From the NCBI GenBank assembly GCA_965112155.1, contig OZ218100.1: a stretch of 64,000 nucleotides of DNA. The stretch is one strand, 5' to 3'. Shown in pieces: positions 37,774-50,685 of this stretch. The translations under genes were made by a program, and so were the position numbers. Source of the DNA: Podarcis liolepis (lineage: Eukaryota). Below the pieces are notes generated by a model. It made no database searches. It saw only the letters and a list, made by a program, of their open reading frames with translations, and had not been told where the DNA came from. Numbering within the stretch: position 1 is the first letter of the stretch; every line of letters starts with the position of its first letter.

Positions 37774-38468
37774 CTAACTTTAGTTGAGTTGCTACTTTCA
37801 CAGTACTGCAAAGCACCTGCATATGTCTCATTTTTGTACATTTATTATAAAAAATGTGGGCACAGTGCCAAATGCTTTCACTGCAGTTTACAAGCACATA
37901 CTGCTCCTGTTTACTCTTGTGTAAATTCATAGTGGCAAGTTGGTTTCTGAATGCGTTTAGCCTTTGAACAATATATCTTTATAATAGCTGGGTGTGATTT
38001 CTAAAGAAATAAAAGTGCTTTGTTTCCCAAAGACAATTTATTTTCAAACACATTAAAACAAAAGAGAAAGAAAAAATATTACAGATATAAAACTCTGTAG
38101 CTAACACATCACAAGATGGAGCCAAAGAGGCTACCTGGAAGGAAATACATAGTCAAAAGGGGGGTGGGAGTGGATCTTGAAGAGGAAATAACTTGCTCTT
38201 TACCTACATATAAAACTATCCATTACTACTCTAATTTAAAATTCCACCAAAAAAAATATTAGGCCTCTATTCTATGCTCATTTGGATAGTGACATAGTGG
38301 TGGACTAGAAGGAAATATTTCTGTAGTAGCTAAACAAATGACACTTTTAAAACTGTAGAAACATGGTCACTAGTTTTGGATTTGAAAAAAAGCAAGCACA
38401 ATAGCAAAAACATACCCCACTTTTTTGGTCAGGTATGACACTCACTTTTATTGATTAATAATTATCAC

Positions 38469-38471
<3 letters not shown>

Positions 38472-38523
<52 letters not shown>

Positions 38524-38534
38524 CTCTCTCTCTC
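38472..38534. repeat. (TC)n microsatellite (another at about 46038-46083)
   Basis: Seen directly. Confidence 0.95.
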
Positions 38535-38805
38535 TATCTATCTACTTCCCTCCCCCCTCCCCCCATCCAGTAAAAGGAATTTGTCAACTGAGGGCATGAG
38601 AAAATCCATTTTCTTCTTCACTCTGTTCAAATTGTCTTCCCAACTCTGCTCAAAGTCCTTTCCCCACTGTGCCTAAATCACATATGGCATATATTGCCTG
38701 GTTCCAAATGAATCTGAATCTGAATAAGAACCAAGCAAGAGAGAAACACACACAGACACACCCCTTTGCTACTGTTTGAAATGTGAGCAGTGAATTGGAC
38801 CAGAG

Positions 38806-39070
38806 GGACCCATTTGTGATTCTCAGCAATTGATATTCCTTATCCTCCATGAATTTGTTGAATCCTTTTTAAAAACCATCCAAGCTAGTGGCCATTGCTA
38901 CGTCTTGTGGGAGTGAATTCAACAGTTTATCTATGAAGAAATACTTTCTTTTGGCTATCCTGACTCTTCCAACATTTAGTTTCATTGGATGGCCCCAAGT
39001 CCTACTATTATGAGCTATAGGGAGTGGGGAGCTTCTTGCTATGCCCTTTAGCCACACCATGCATAATTCT
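38806..39070 (-). mobile_element. CR1 LINE ORF2 C-terminal remnant
   Basis: ORF 38869-39189 contains RTWGHPMKL...RKYFF...NSLPQDVAMATSLDGF, the conserved end of CR1 ORF2. Confidence 0.85.
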
Positions 39071-40099
39071 ATTGTGTGCTTCTTGTTTGCTGTGTGGGCC
39101 ACACTGCCAGCCCTGTGGTTCTTGCTAGTCTGCTGCTCTGAGGTATCCCTGAAGATGCAATCTTCCTGATTGTGAGTGCAATAAACCACTATTTACTGCC
39201 ACTATCATCTGTAGCTCAGTTTATGTATGTAAATATTCTGTGGTCTCTGGAAGGAGGAGCAGTCCAGCCGCTTGGCTAATATGGTAACACTACCGTCATG
39301 ATGTTGCTATTTCTTTCCCCTTGATATGTTAAAACACTAAAGAAGGGATAAAATCATTTTGTGTTCTGTGTACAGCCCAAGCAGGGCTCATTCTGCATAG
39401 ATCCCATCTGAGTTAGGCAAACTCATCTTTTAGTTTTAACACAGCCATCCATTATCAAAGCTGCATATTTTGATTCCTGATGAGATTGTTAAAAAAATAG
39501 CTTTGGCTGTGGAAACTCATACAGAGAGCAGAAATGTGTTGCCCATTTTATAATGTGCTACATGGGGTCAGTTCACACAGCACTCCCCCCCCCCCCCATG
39601 AGAGTAGCCCAGAAATGTCACCAGCTGCATCCATAACTGCAACGGGGAATAGTCAGTGTGGGGAGGGCTAGACTCAGATAGATCCAGAAGCAATGTTTCA
39701 CATCATGGCAGAACTTTTTCTAGCCAGAGTGACCACGGGAATTGCTATAGCTGTCCCTGTGTACATTACCCTCTTCCAAATTCACACATGTGGTTGAAGT
39801 TGGCTCCAGGCTGCTGGTGGTGAAGGGGAAAAAATCATGGAACTTGACACAAAGTTTGCTCCTAGAAATTTGCTTTTTGTGGATTCATTCATTTATTTAT
39901 TTACGGCTATTAGCCCATAAACTTTTTGTGGATTGATGCTGCCCTATTATCCTGGGTTTGTGGTGCCAAATTGGAAATTAATCCTAACTGTTTTATTTTT
40001 GATCCCTTAACTAATAATGCCAAAGTTGCATTTCTCTTTTCTTTTTTGCTTCTACAGCACAGTTTTAATAAAAATTCCACTGTGCTTCCAACTCTATTT

Positions 40100-40400
40100 T
40101 CTGGGAAGTCACAGCCAATTTAGACCGCATCATTTTGCATTCACTTATATCTTCCATTCTGTGTCTCATTAATTCAGTCTAGAAACCTAGTCTGCTTTCA
40201 CTACCCTGAATAATTTGGCGTCATCCACTTATTTGGCTTCTTTACTGGACACCTGATTCCAAATCACGTACGAACAAGATACATGGTTCTGCTCCCAGTA
40301 GGAATAATTGAGGGACACCACTGCCTACTTCCCTTCCATGTAAAAACCGTCCACCTACCGGTATTTCTTTCCCCTCATTGCTAGTTCTTGAGAAAATGTG
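40100..40400 (-). mobile_element. Highly degraded CR1 RT remnant
   Basis: TAATTTGGCGTCATCCACTTATTTGGC resembles the reverse of the KFADDTKL-coding segment. Confidence 0.4.
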
Positions 40401-41412
40401 TTATTTTATTCCAGGACTTAATACATTTCTGATGAATAAGGGCATGAAGAACAGGTCCTATATATGCTTAGCCAGAAACAAAGCCCATTGATTTCAGTGT
40501 ACTTTACTCTCAAATATACACAGAAGTCCAGCTTGGCTAGAAACTTTTTGAAAACCTGAACACATCATTCTAGTTCATTATATTCCCTGAACAATTCAAC
40601 ACCCAGAAAGGGGGGATGGTGGGGAGATATGGCTTTTAGCCCATATTTTAAAGAGAATTCCAGTGATTAAATCTTCAGCTAGTCTAAGTGGATACAGTTT
40701 GTAGCATCAGTGGAATTTTGCCAACATAAAACATGCTTCAGATTCTGCAAATCTGTCTGCATCATGAGACACCCTTTTGGGGGGGGGGAGTGTTGAGCTT
40801 AATCAAACATTCATGCTGCTGCTGCTGCTAGTCCTACTAATTTACATTCTTCCAATATGGGTTTGATGCTATAATAATAAAATAATAATATGGCCTCTTC
40901 CTAGATAGCTGTGCCAAGTGAAACTAGAAAGATACAAAATAGGCCTTGTTAAGCATGAAAGTATTGAAAAGGGACTCAAAGATGAGTTGGAAATGGTTAG
41001 GCAAGCAGAAAAGGGGAGTGTTTTCAAGGCAAAAAAGCAGCATAGAAAGGAGATAAAGTTCAGGTGGAATGAACTTCTCTGGAGGAAGATGCAGGGCACA
41101 TGTACCTTCTCATGGCAGGAGTGACTCCTAACACCTCAGAGGAAGGTTGTCAACAGGATCACTTGTCTCATGGGTCTTTAGGGGCATTTGTAATCTTGAG
41201 AGTGTGCCATGGAAATGCTGTCGGGCTCTGTGTGTTTGTTATAGTATGAGAGAGGTGAAGCAGGATCTCCACAAGGTGAGCAAAGGACCCTTGGAAGCAA
41301 AAAGATGTCTCAGCTTATTATAGCACCAGGGAGGGATGAAATGGAAAGAGAGAGGAAACTTCAGAGTGGGGAAGAGAGTACAGAGGAGGAGCTCCATTGT
41401 GATCAGCGCAAC

Positions 41413-41699
41413 CAGTGGCGGAGGAAGGGGGTTGCGGTAGGTGCGGGCCACCCCGGCTGTCACCACTGAGGCGGGTGCCAAAATGCTGGGCGGCACTCAC
41501 CGTGGGGCTTGCAGAGACACATGCGATGGCCAAATGGTTTGTCCGCTGCCTCCCCCCCCCCAGCTGTAGGGTGGCTGAGTGGGACGAGGCAGGCAGACTC
41601 CGGAGGCCCTGTAGTGTGCCCTGCCCCTATGGGTGGTGCGCCCCGCCCTGCCCCTGGGCGCGCTGCCCCCACATGCCCGAGCAGCTTCCTTCACCACTA
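41413..41699. mobile_element. GC-rich hAT MITE
   Basis: TIRs CAGTGGCGGAGGAAG and CTTCCTTCACCACTA; 8-bp TSD AGCGCAAC (41405-41412) versus AGCACAAC (41700-41707), one CpG-type change. Confidence 0.8.
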
Positions 41700-42070
41700 A
41701 GCACAACACCCACTTGCCAGGGGGTCTCTCCAGCCCATCTGGAATGTCGTTTCCCCTGTGCTCCTGCCATGTAGCTTCTTTTGCACCTTCCTTGAAATTT
41801 TGTTTTCCAGGGAATGTGTGATGACCCTTGCAATCCATCTGAATGTTTATTTGAACAAATTCAAGGTATTCACAAGTTGTTGTTTTTCTAAATGTGCTGT
41901 GGAGTTGTGCCATTTTAGAAAACTCAACAATTTAAAATAAAAGTCACATGGTTATTGCCGGGACGATTCTTAGTTTGATAAGGGAAGGAGTAAGGTTACA
42001 TTTAATAACAGTCATCAGTAAGCTTACACATTATATACCCTGTTGAAGTCAAAATTGGCAACAACTACTT

Positions 42071-42425
42071 GGGACGCGGGTGGCGCTGTGGGTTAAACCA
42101 CAGAGCCTAGGACTTGTCGATCAGAAGGTCGGCGGTTCGAATCCCTGTGACGGGGTGAGCTCCCATTGCTCGGTCCCTGCTCCTGCCAACCTAGCAGTTT
42201 GAAAGCATGTCAAAGTGCAAGTAGATAAATCGGTACCACTCCAGCGGGAAGGTAAACGGCGTTTCCGTGCACTGCTCTGGTTCGCCAAAAGCGGCTTAGT
42301 CATGCTGGCCACATGACACGGAAGCTGTATGCCGGCTCCCTCGGCCAATAAAGCAAGATGAGCGCCGCAACCCCAGAGTCGGCCACGACTGGACCTAATG
42401 GTCAGGGGTCCCTTTACCTTTTTTT
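42071..42425 (+). mobile_element. Sauria/Squam1 SINE, full length (variant Y)
   Basis: GGGACGCGGGTGGCGCTGTGGGTTAAACCACAGAGCC...GGTCCCTTTACCTTT. Confidence 0.92.
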
Positions 42426-42552
42426 ACTTAGGAAAGAGATGCCAGAACTACTGTATAAAACTTATGCGGAACGGTTAAATAATTGTTCTGCAGCACTTTT
42501 TAAGAGTCAAATGCTGTCTTATGAAACTAAAAATAAAATGGCAAATGTAATT

Positions 42553-42602
<50 letters not shown>

Positions 42603-44469
42603 CTATGGTGGTTTTATTTGCTATTTAAATGCTCATCTTTCCTGTGAGTTTCATAACTCTGCCTTGCATTTGTTGTGGGACTGAACTTGAAGGCCCCAAA
42701 CATTATGACACTACATGCACAGTCTGTTAGGAAGCAACCATATATTCAAAGTTGCTTGGAAGTCAGTGTCTGTGAAGTCAATGGCACTTCTTCATTGCTT
42801 AGGACAAGGCAAAGTTTTCTGATTTCTAGTTTCTACCCCCCCCCCCCATTTTATTTCTACTTAAGACACATTGGAGGGGGGAAATTGTAGTATTACAATT
42901 AGGCGCAGGTCAATGGGAAATTGATTATGTCGAACAAAATGAATAAAAACAAGAGATAGGGCTCGGTTCAGCCAAAATTAAACATTGCTTATTTTATTTA
43001 TTTGTAATCCATCCTTCAAGGGTGACAGATAATGAGTTGAGTTCAGCTGAGTAATATTCAGAGTACACCCACTTAAATCAAGGGATGTGAGTCTACTCCA
43101 GGTATTATTCAGCTGGATGAGACTCGATAACATGGAAGACATGATCATCAGAACAAAATTAAAACAAAAGAAATAAAAAAAATCATATAATCACAACTAA
43201 AACAAGCAGATATGAAAATAAAATATCAATATGGACTTCATCCCTCTCCCAGAGCCTGGGCAAAAAGTTGTGCGTTGCCTTGTCTTCTGATGAAAATAAC
43301 GTAGAGAACAAACGAGTTAACCGCTTCATGCTGAAATGAATGGGGCTTAAATATGTTTATCTTTGGCAGGATCAGCATAATCCCATAATAACTTATCTGA
43401 TCTATCCATCACAACAGCTTAAATATTTTTTTCAAAATAAGAGAACTTTAAAAATGCCTTTAAAACCAATGTGATTTATGCCATCATCTGCTAACAATGC
43501 CTCTCTGCATTCTACATAGGGCAGGCAGGTCAGACTCCAACTGTATAGGAACACAAATCTGACATCAGAAATGGCAATAGCCATAAACTAGTGGGAGAAC
43601 ATTCAACCGCCGAAGATATTCAGTAACTGATCTTAAGGAAGCTATTCGGTAACAAAGGCACTTCAATGGAAGAATAAGGAGCCCACCATCAGTCACGTAT
43701 TATCTTCAGAGCTCCTGATGGTGGGGAGAACTGTAACTGCATGGAGCTGTATATGCTTATAATCTCCCTCATTGCAGGAATGTTGGGGTGAATAAAGCAG
43801 GGGTTCATGTTGCACAGTCATTATTGAATGTATGATGAGTGCTAAATGAGGAATGACTAACCTGTAGCCCTCCAAATATGATTGGACTCCCATCAGCCCA
43901 ACCTGGTGTAGCTAATGGTCAGGGAATGTTGGGAGTTGTAGTCCAACAACATTTCAATGGTCAAAGCTTAGTCAGCCCCAGGATAAAGAGTAGATGGGAT
44001 CCAAGAATCTCTGTCTTTGAACTAAAGCTGAATCACCCGTGCAAAATAATTTTGCATCACTTGACTATTTAACATTGCATGCGTAGAATGTATTTTGTTT
44101 GAAATGTAAATGTCTGATGTGATATTATATTGTATGAATGACACCTCAAAACAAATAGATTCATTTTATATTATTGAGTCATGTAATTGAACAGGATTGT
44201 GGCTAAGCAATGAAATCATATTCTTTTCTGTGTGAATTCTAATTCCTCCCTTGCCCTTTCTTCCCTTTTGTACAGATATATTGAATAATTTTTGGAAAAT
44301 GTGGTGATGGAAACTCCTTATCCTATTGCCAGTGGTTTCAGAGGTATTATTTATTTTGATGAAGAAACATCTGCTTCTTGTTATGAGTTCATATCATAGT
44401 AGTGTACATTAAAATGTCAGTCACTCAGCTAAGGAAGATATGTGTAAATGTCAGCAGTAACAGAACTGA

Positions 44470-44684
44470 TAGGGTTGCCATATTTCAAAAAGTAAAAACC
44501 AGGGCATCCCAGAAGTTTTTGAGCTTTTTTAGACAACCTCCAAAGTTGTGGAGTTTTCTTTTTACAAAAATGCCCAAAAAACCCCCATGATTTTATGACT
44601 GACTTTTGGAAATTCCCACCAGACGTCAATTCCACTTTGAAATCCAGGTGGTGTCCAAGAAAATCCAGCCATATGGCAGTCCTG
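44470..44684. mobile_element. hAT (Tip100-like) MITE
   Basis: TIRs TAGGGTTGCCATAT and ATATGGCAGTCCTG; perfect 8-bp TSD AGAACTGA at 44462-44469 and 44685-44692. Confidence 0.85.
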
Positions 44685-46034
44685 AGAACTGATGCAATAC
44701 TTTTCATTAATAGGCACAGCAATCTTCACTTGAACTAAGTTCTGCTAACTTCATTGTAGGGAAGGTGGGCTTTTTATTTTTCTTTGCATTTTAATGTCAA
44801 CCTACCTAATTCTCAGTCCGTGAAACAATACAGGCAACTCCTATTTTAGGTGGGGTTTACATTCTAAGGCACTGCACAAGTGGAACCACTTAGGTGAATC
44901 TGGGGCAACATTTCTATTAGTCTCCCGGGTATTTGAAATTATCTGAATTACAATTTGCCTACATTCATTTTCTCGCCTTCCTACTGCTTTGATATTAACA
45001 CATTTCTTAATGTAACATTACATTGTAAAGGAAAGATGCAATACATTCTGAGGTTTACCATGATATCTATATGGAAAGAGTATCTACTCTCACAATCAGC
45101 TTCCCTCATTAACATGCTCTATGACAGCATTCCATTTAAGAGCTGGCATTTACCATGCCAGATTAGGACTAGAGGGAGTTAAGATATGATGCCCCCAGGG
45201 TATGTATGTATGTATGTATGTATGTATTTGCCACCATCTGACTCCAGTGACTCTGTGTGGCCTCCAGCGAAATATAAAAACACAATAAAACATCAGTATA
45301 GGCTGAGAATGGGTCAACTCACCTCATATAAAATTGGGGGAAGATGAACTGTATACATAATCTTGACCTCCTTGGAGGAAAGATGGGATATAAATGTAAT
45401 AAATGGGTTTTTTTTTGTTTTTTGTTTGCTTTATAAGTACCATAGTGGATATTTCCTTTCAAGCAGACAATTTATAAAAGAATCACAACTGAGCCCAAAC
45501 CTGCAATTATAGAAAATTGGAGTCTTACTGATTTTTTTTTTTGCCCTCACTCTCTCAAAAAATAGTCATTTTCAGAGACAAGCAAATAAATTAATTGTCT
45601 CTGTTTGAAAACAAATGTTGTGAGAGGGTGGGAAATCCTCTCCAGTGGCCTTGTCATTTTTCCAGAAGAAATTAAGAGCTGGATTCATCAAACATTTAAT
45701 GTTAAGGAGTTAGAAACATTGGAATGTTTGTCCAAAGTCCCAATCCCCACAGAAAACTTTGTCATCCTGCCGGGCTCCAGTCAAAAATCAGAGCCAAAAT
45801 AAACACAGACAGAAACTGCATCTGACTGATCCTGTGGAAACAGCTGTAACCACTTAGGTGGAAAACCACCTCAAATTCTTCTCCCAGAAAACACTGATGA
45901 CATGGGAGAGGGCAAGCAGGAAAACTCTGTCAAGTTCTCTTCAGGAAAATATTTTCTTTCTCCACAACTGTAAATAGATGGTTTCAGCCATGATCACAAT
46001 AATAATAACATAAGAAACAAGCCACAGGAATGCT

Positions 46035-46087
<53 letters not shown>

Positions 46088-46164
46088 TGTTACCTCTCTT
46101 CGTTTCTCTCCCTTGTATACTGCTGAGAATTTGGTGTTCATCTCTTGTGGACCTAGGCAAAGGG

Positions 46165-46500
46165 TGCCTGGCCGGTGGGACCCAAGAAGAAGACAAAGAC
46201 ACAGAACAAGGCTCTTGGGTTCAAATAGGCCACAACTTCACTGGTTACAGATATAAGTAGGCTTTGGCATAGGCATTTGTATGTGTCCTGAATCAACCAG
46301 CCTGACTAAGCTGACTCCGGGGTAAGGGTGATCCGGCCAGAACCATCATTTGGAGGGGTGCTATGGCCTGTCAGTCCCCATCTGGGCATCTGCACAGAAG
46401 CCACCACTCATGGACCTCTTTAATGGGATACTTGCAGCAGAGGTGGGCGGGCTGCCAACCCTCACTCCCTGCTAAGACTCAATCCAACAAGTTATGGCAG
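46165..46500 (-). mobile_element. LTR-like element related to 510-1010
   Basis: Collinear shared blocks with 510-1010. Confidence 0.45.
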
Positions 46501-47194
46501 CCCCTAAGTTGTGGAACTCTCTCCCCACAGAGGTGTATCTGGCATCCTCTGCATTTTAGTGAATGCTGAAAACGTATCTCTTTATCTTGGGCTTTTGACA
46601 CCCGAGTTGTACATTTTTAGGACTCACCTTATTTTGTGGGTTGTGATTTGAACTGTTTTTAGTTCAACTGTTTTAATTGTTGTTCAACTGTTTCAACTCT
46701 GTGAACTTAGGGTGAAGGGAGGAGAAATATTCATAATAATAACAACACAAGACCTTACTTTTAACTTTGTACCTTGAATGTGCACCCCAGCATGCTCCGA
46801 AGAATCCTCTGGCATGACCAGGGTTACATGCACTTGAGCAAAGGTTCATTGGCAGACGATTTAATGTGCAATTGGATCCACCAGTGTAGAACCATTTTAG
46901 TAAAGTTATTGTTTGAAGCCCACTGAGAAGAAAAAAGCAGATGCTTAAAAACTTCCCAGTGGAAAAAAAAAGGACTGATATAGTGCTTATCTTTGGCTAG
47001 ATTGTGCCTGCTGCTTTGTTTATAGCATTAAAATCTATCAATTAACAACAGAATCACAATAACCTCTCTTCTGCATCTGAAAAATCCCTTGGCTTGGGAG
47101 GGACCACAAGTGGATAGGAGTTTAGAAATGAAAGGAGGGTGTGAGTTGGAACAGGAATCCCAAGTAATCCAATTACAGGGTGAACAAGCCCTAC

Positions 47195-47261
47195 CTTGAT
47201 AAATCCGTGCCAGAATGATGTAAAGCCAGAATGAGAACAAGAACATTCCATTGTTATGCAT
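47195..47261 (-). CDS. Candidate signal-peptide (leader) exon of an unidentified gene
   Basis: ATG at 47261 encodes MHNNGMFLFSFWLYIILARIYQ(G), ending at a phase-1 donor CAAG|GTAGGG; no downstream exon identified. Confidence 0.25.
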
Positions 47262-47984
47262 CCCTTTTCTACAGCTGCAGCTGGACCACTGCCTAGGAGG
47301 CCAGAAAAGCCAGCAAATCCCCTTCCTCAGAGCAACAATGTTACAAGAACATCTGCTGTGGCCGAGAGAGAAACTAAAAGTAACTGTGCAGTGGAAGTGC
47401 TGAGCAAAGAACACCCAAAACTTGCTCACCCAAGGATTAATACCTGCATTCATTTTCAGTCAAAACTGGCTTCAGCCATGGGTGCTAACAGGATGTTCTG
47501 GGCCCAGTATGTGGATTGGGTCCCTCACCTCAGCTGCAAAACAAGGCACACATTTGCATACAATATTCATATGTTTTGTGCCATATGCAAATTTATGCAA
47601 GTTTCAGTCAATTTTTGTGAGTGGTATGGAGGATGGATGGATGCCTGTTGCTGTTGCTTTTAGAACATACTTGCCACTAGTCGGTTTGTGGGCATAAGTA
47701 TTGGTAGATCATGACAATTTCAATGGAATTAACCGTCTACATAGGCCTGGTTAAACTACCCCAAACATTTTACTAGCAGCCTAGCATCAGATTCACAATG
47801 CTTCACTAGTAGGCCATACCTCACTCAGCTGAGTATTACAAATATAGACTATGTATTATACAATTAAGAATCAAAGGTTATTTTCCAGGCTACAGTAACA
47901 ATGTCAAGATTTCCTTATGCTGCTAGCAATTGTTGATGCTTTCTCAAGATATTTCAGCCCCAATTCTACAGGATTTCAAAGAGT

Positions 47985-48160
47985 TCGAGCTGGCATACAT
48001 GGTTCTTCCCTGCTCCATTTCATCCTCTAAACAAGCTAGTGAGGTAGATTAGGCTGAGAGGCAGTGACTGGCACAATGTCATACAGTGAGCTTCATGTTT
48101 AGGAGGGGATTTGAACTCTGGTCTCCCAAGTCTGAGTTCGGTGCTTTAACCACAACACCC
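47985..48160 (-). mobile_element. Old MIR/Ther1-like SINE (further remnants near 50690-50815 and 54120-54270)
   Basis: GTGAGGTAG.TTAGGCTGAGAG.CAGTGACTGG...GGGGATTTGAAC..TGGTCTCCC...TAACCAC.ACACC is a reverse tRNA head plus CORE. Confidence 0.7.
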
Positions 48161-48981
48161 AAGCGGCCAGTCATACTTTGTGGTGAATTTTGCATTGGTA
48201 TTTTTCAATCATTCACCCATTAGTTGTCCCCCCTCCACACAATTAACCAGAAAATAAAACTGTTTGAGGCCGTTTACGAACTCCTGGGTGACTCAGGAAG
48301 ATAGGATCAGAGGATAAAGAGCCTTCCCAGGCTAGCTCTTGTTTTTAATCTCATCAGCTCCATAAGACCAAAAACAAAAAGGGGGGTTGCTTGCTCTCAT
48401 TTGACAGTTCAGCCAGATGGCATGTCTACGTGAAATAATTGGTGGTGTTGGGACAGCTTGTAGTGGCCAGATGTCCACATCATCACACAAACAAACAAAT
48501 GAATCCACAAACACATGTTCAATGATGGCTTTGTTGGCACCCAAAGCAGAGAAGCCAAGTAGTAGATGAGAACACTGGCTCAAGGTTAGAGACAGCGATA
48601 AATTAGTTGAGATACCCCATCAATGCTCACACCTGTACTTATATAAAACAACAACAGAGAATGATGCTTGTTAAAGCTGTCACTTAATCTCCTGTCACAT
48701 TTATAGGGTCATCTTCAGAGCAGACCCATTGAAATCAATGACTGTGACTGACTTAAATCCATTTGTTTCAGTGCGTCTATTCTGAAGATGACTTAATTGG
48801 GTACAATACAACCCATGACATTTGTTTATTCCATGGTGGAGGAAAGGAAGAGGCCATTTCAATCACTTCTTTCTTTGAGAAATATCAGCAGCTCTCGTGA
48901 TTGAATTCAGTGAACTCTTGGAAACACACATCCTACCACTGTTGTCTTTGCCAGAACAATTTTGCTCCCTTCACAGGTTGG

Positions 48982-49356
48982 TGTCAGGGCAGGTGTCAGG
49001 AGAAGGTCAGCAATAACTCAGACGGAGTCAGTGAAGTTAACTCTCTTTGTTCAAAGTAACAAAACAGCTCAGGAGGCAGGCCTAGTGAGCACAGCAACTC
49101 TTCCCATTAAATCTTGCCCCCTCCTCCCAAGCCTCTGCCTTTGCTTCTGGACTGCTCTCTGTCCCAGCCTCTTCCTGCTCACAAAGCCCTGTTACCTCTC
49201 CAGCTTTCGCCACTTCCTCCTCCTAGACTGCTCCCTTTTCTCCCTCTGACCACTCATTGTTGTCCCACCACCCACCCTCTGGCTCTGAGCCTTCTTCACT
49301 TGGGGGGTTCCTAGCTGTTGCCTGCCACCATTCCTCTGCACCCAGCTACCATGACA
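48982..49356. mobile_element. Solo LTR
   Basis: TGTCA...TGACA termini; perfect 5-bp TSD GTTGG at 48977-48981 and 49357-49361. Confidence 0.8.
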
Positions 49357-50275
49357 GTTGGCAATGCTAGCAAATGGCAGATACAGCTTGTATTTCAAAC
49401 CCATCATTGCATCCTCCAATGTTCTCTAGATAATGTATTTTCACATCAGTTACATGGCAATGCTATAAATATTTCCCTAACCAGTATAAAAATAGACCAG
49501 CAAACACTGCTGAAATCACAGTAGCTATTAGGATATATAATCTGCTAAATTTCTAAATGTATTCTTGAACCAATATATATGTCCAATAAACGGCCAGCAG
49601 TCCTGTTTGGTGGCAGATGCTACCACTGCAGCAGATCAGTCATTAAACATTTCAAGCCATCCACAAAAAGGTGTTGCTGGTGGAGGAATAACAACTACTC
49701 AGTGCTTAATTTCATCTTTCCAGATTATGTGTCCACTCTATTCCTTCCAGACAGATTATACAGGATTGTGTTTGGCAGTTGTCCCTCTTCTTAGAGAAGA
49801 CTAATCAGTCAAACTGATTAATTCCACCCCTATCTCATTCTCTGGATGCTAAAAACCCAGTAGAGAGAGCAAGAGGGCACAGACCTTGATGTTGTTGTCA
49901 GCCAAACAGCACAGATATCTGTTAACCATTAAAATGCTGTTGGTGCATAGAAAATGACTCCCTGCAGAGAGTTCCCAAGACTGTTGACTCCATGCAGCAG
50001 TGTGACACCAAATGCTTTGCCTCTCTCCTTTGGGGGACTTTGACTCCTGTTGGCATTATTTCATGTGCTTATTGCACATTATTTGCATATTCAGCCTTTG
50101 CCTTGTGTGCTAGGGACTCCCCTGGCTTGCCCCCTAGTGCTTATACTTCTCTGTTAGCTTGATTTTCTCCCCTCAGCCTTGTCACCATGGAACAATTCTT
50201 TGCCAGTATCTTATGTTATTTATTTTTATTATTCAATTTATATCATTCATTTTCTGAAAAAAGCTCAGAGTTGAG

Positions 50276-50685
50276 CTTATTTATTTATTTATTTATTACG
50301 CTCTTCATCTTAAGATCACAAGATGGTTCACAACATAAAAATACAAAATGAGAACATAAAATACATAATAAAAACAAAAACAGGCCAATAACCTCCCCTC
50401 CCACAAACACATTTAAAAATACATAGAATAGTAATCAGCCAAAGGCCTGGTTAAAGAGAAACATTTTCACCCAGTGCCTAAAGATATATACTGAAGGTGT
50501 CAAGTGAGCATCACTGGGGAGAGTATTCCACAAAGGGGAGCCACTGCAGAAAAGGCCTGTTCTCATGCTGCCACTCTCCAGACCTCTCACTGGGGGCTCA
50601 CATGAAGCAATTATTGCAGGGTCTGGGGTGGCTTATATGAGGAGACATGATCCTTAGGGTATTGCAGTCCTGAGCCACTTACATG
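50276..50685 (-). mobile_element. L2 LINE 3' fragment
   Basis: (TTTA)n tail, then TTCCACAAA.GGGGAGCCACTGCAGAAAAGGCC, homologous to the 21690-21730 segment. Confidence 0.7.

Noticed and set aside
37861-37898. CACAGTG plus 22 bp plus ACAAGCACA as an RSS
   Set aside because: Poor nonamer and no adjacent V, D or J coding segment.
41239-41940. Dense overlapping ORFs and CpG-island appearance
   Set aside because: Explained by a GC-rich hAT MITE with TIRs and an 8-bp TSD.
47550-47600. Octamer motifs upstream of the leader-like exon suggesting an Ig V-gene promoter
   Set aside because: About 300 bp from the ATG, similar ATGCAAAT runs occur in a repeat-like context at 27.5 kb, and no V exon or convincing RSS follows.
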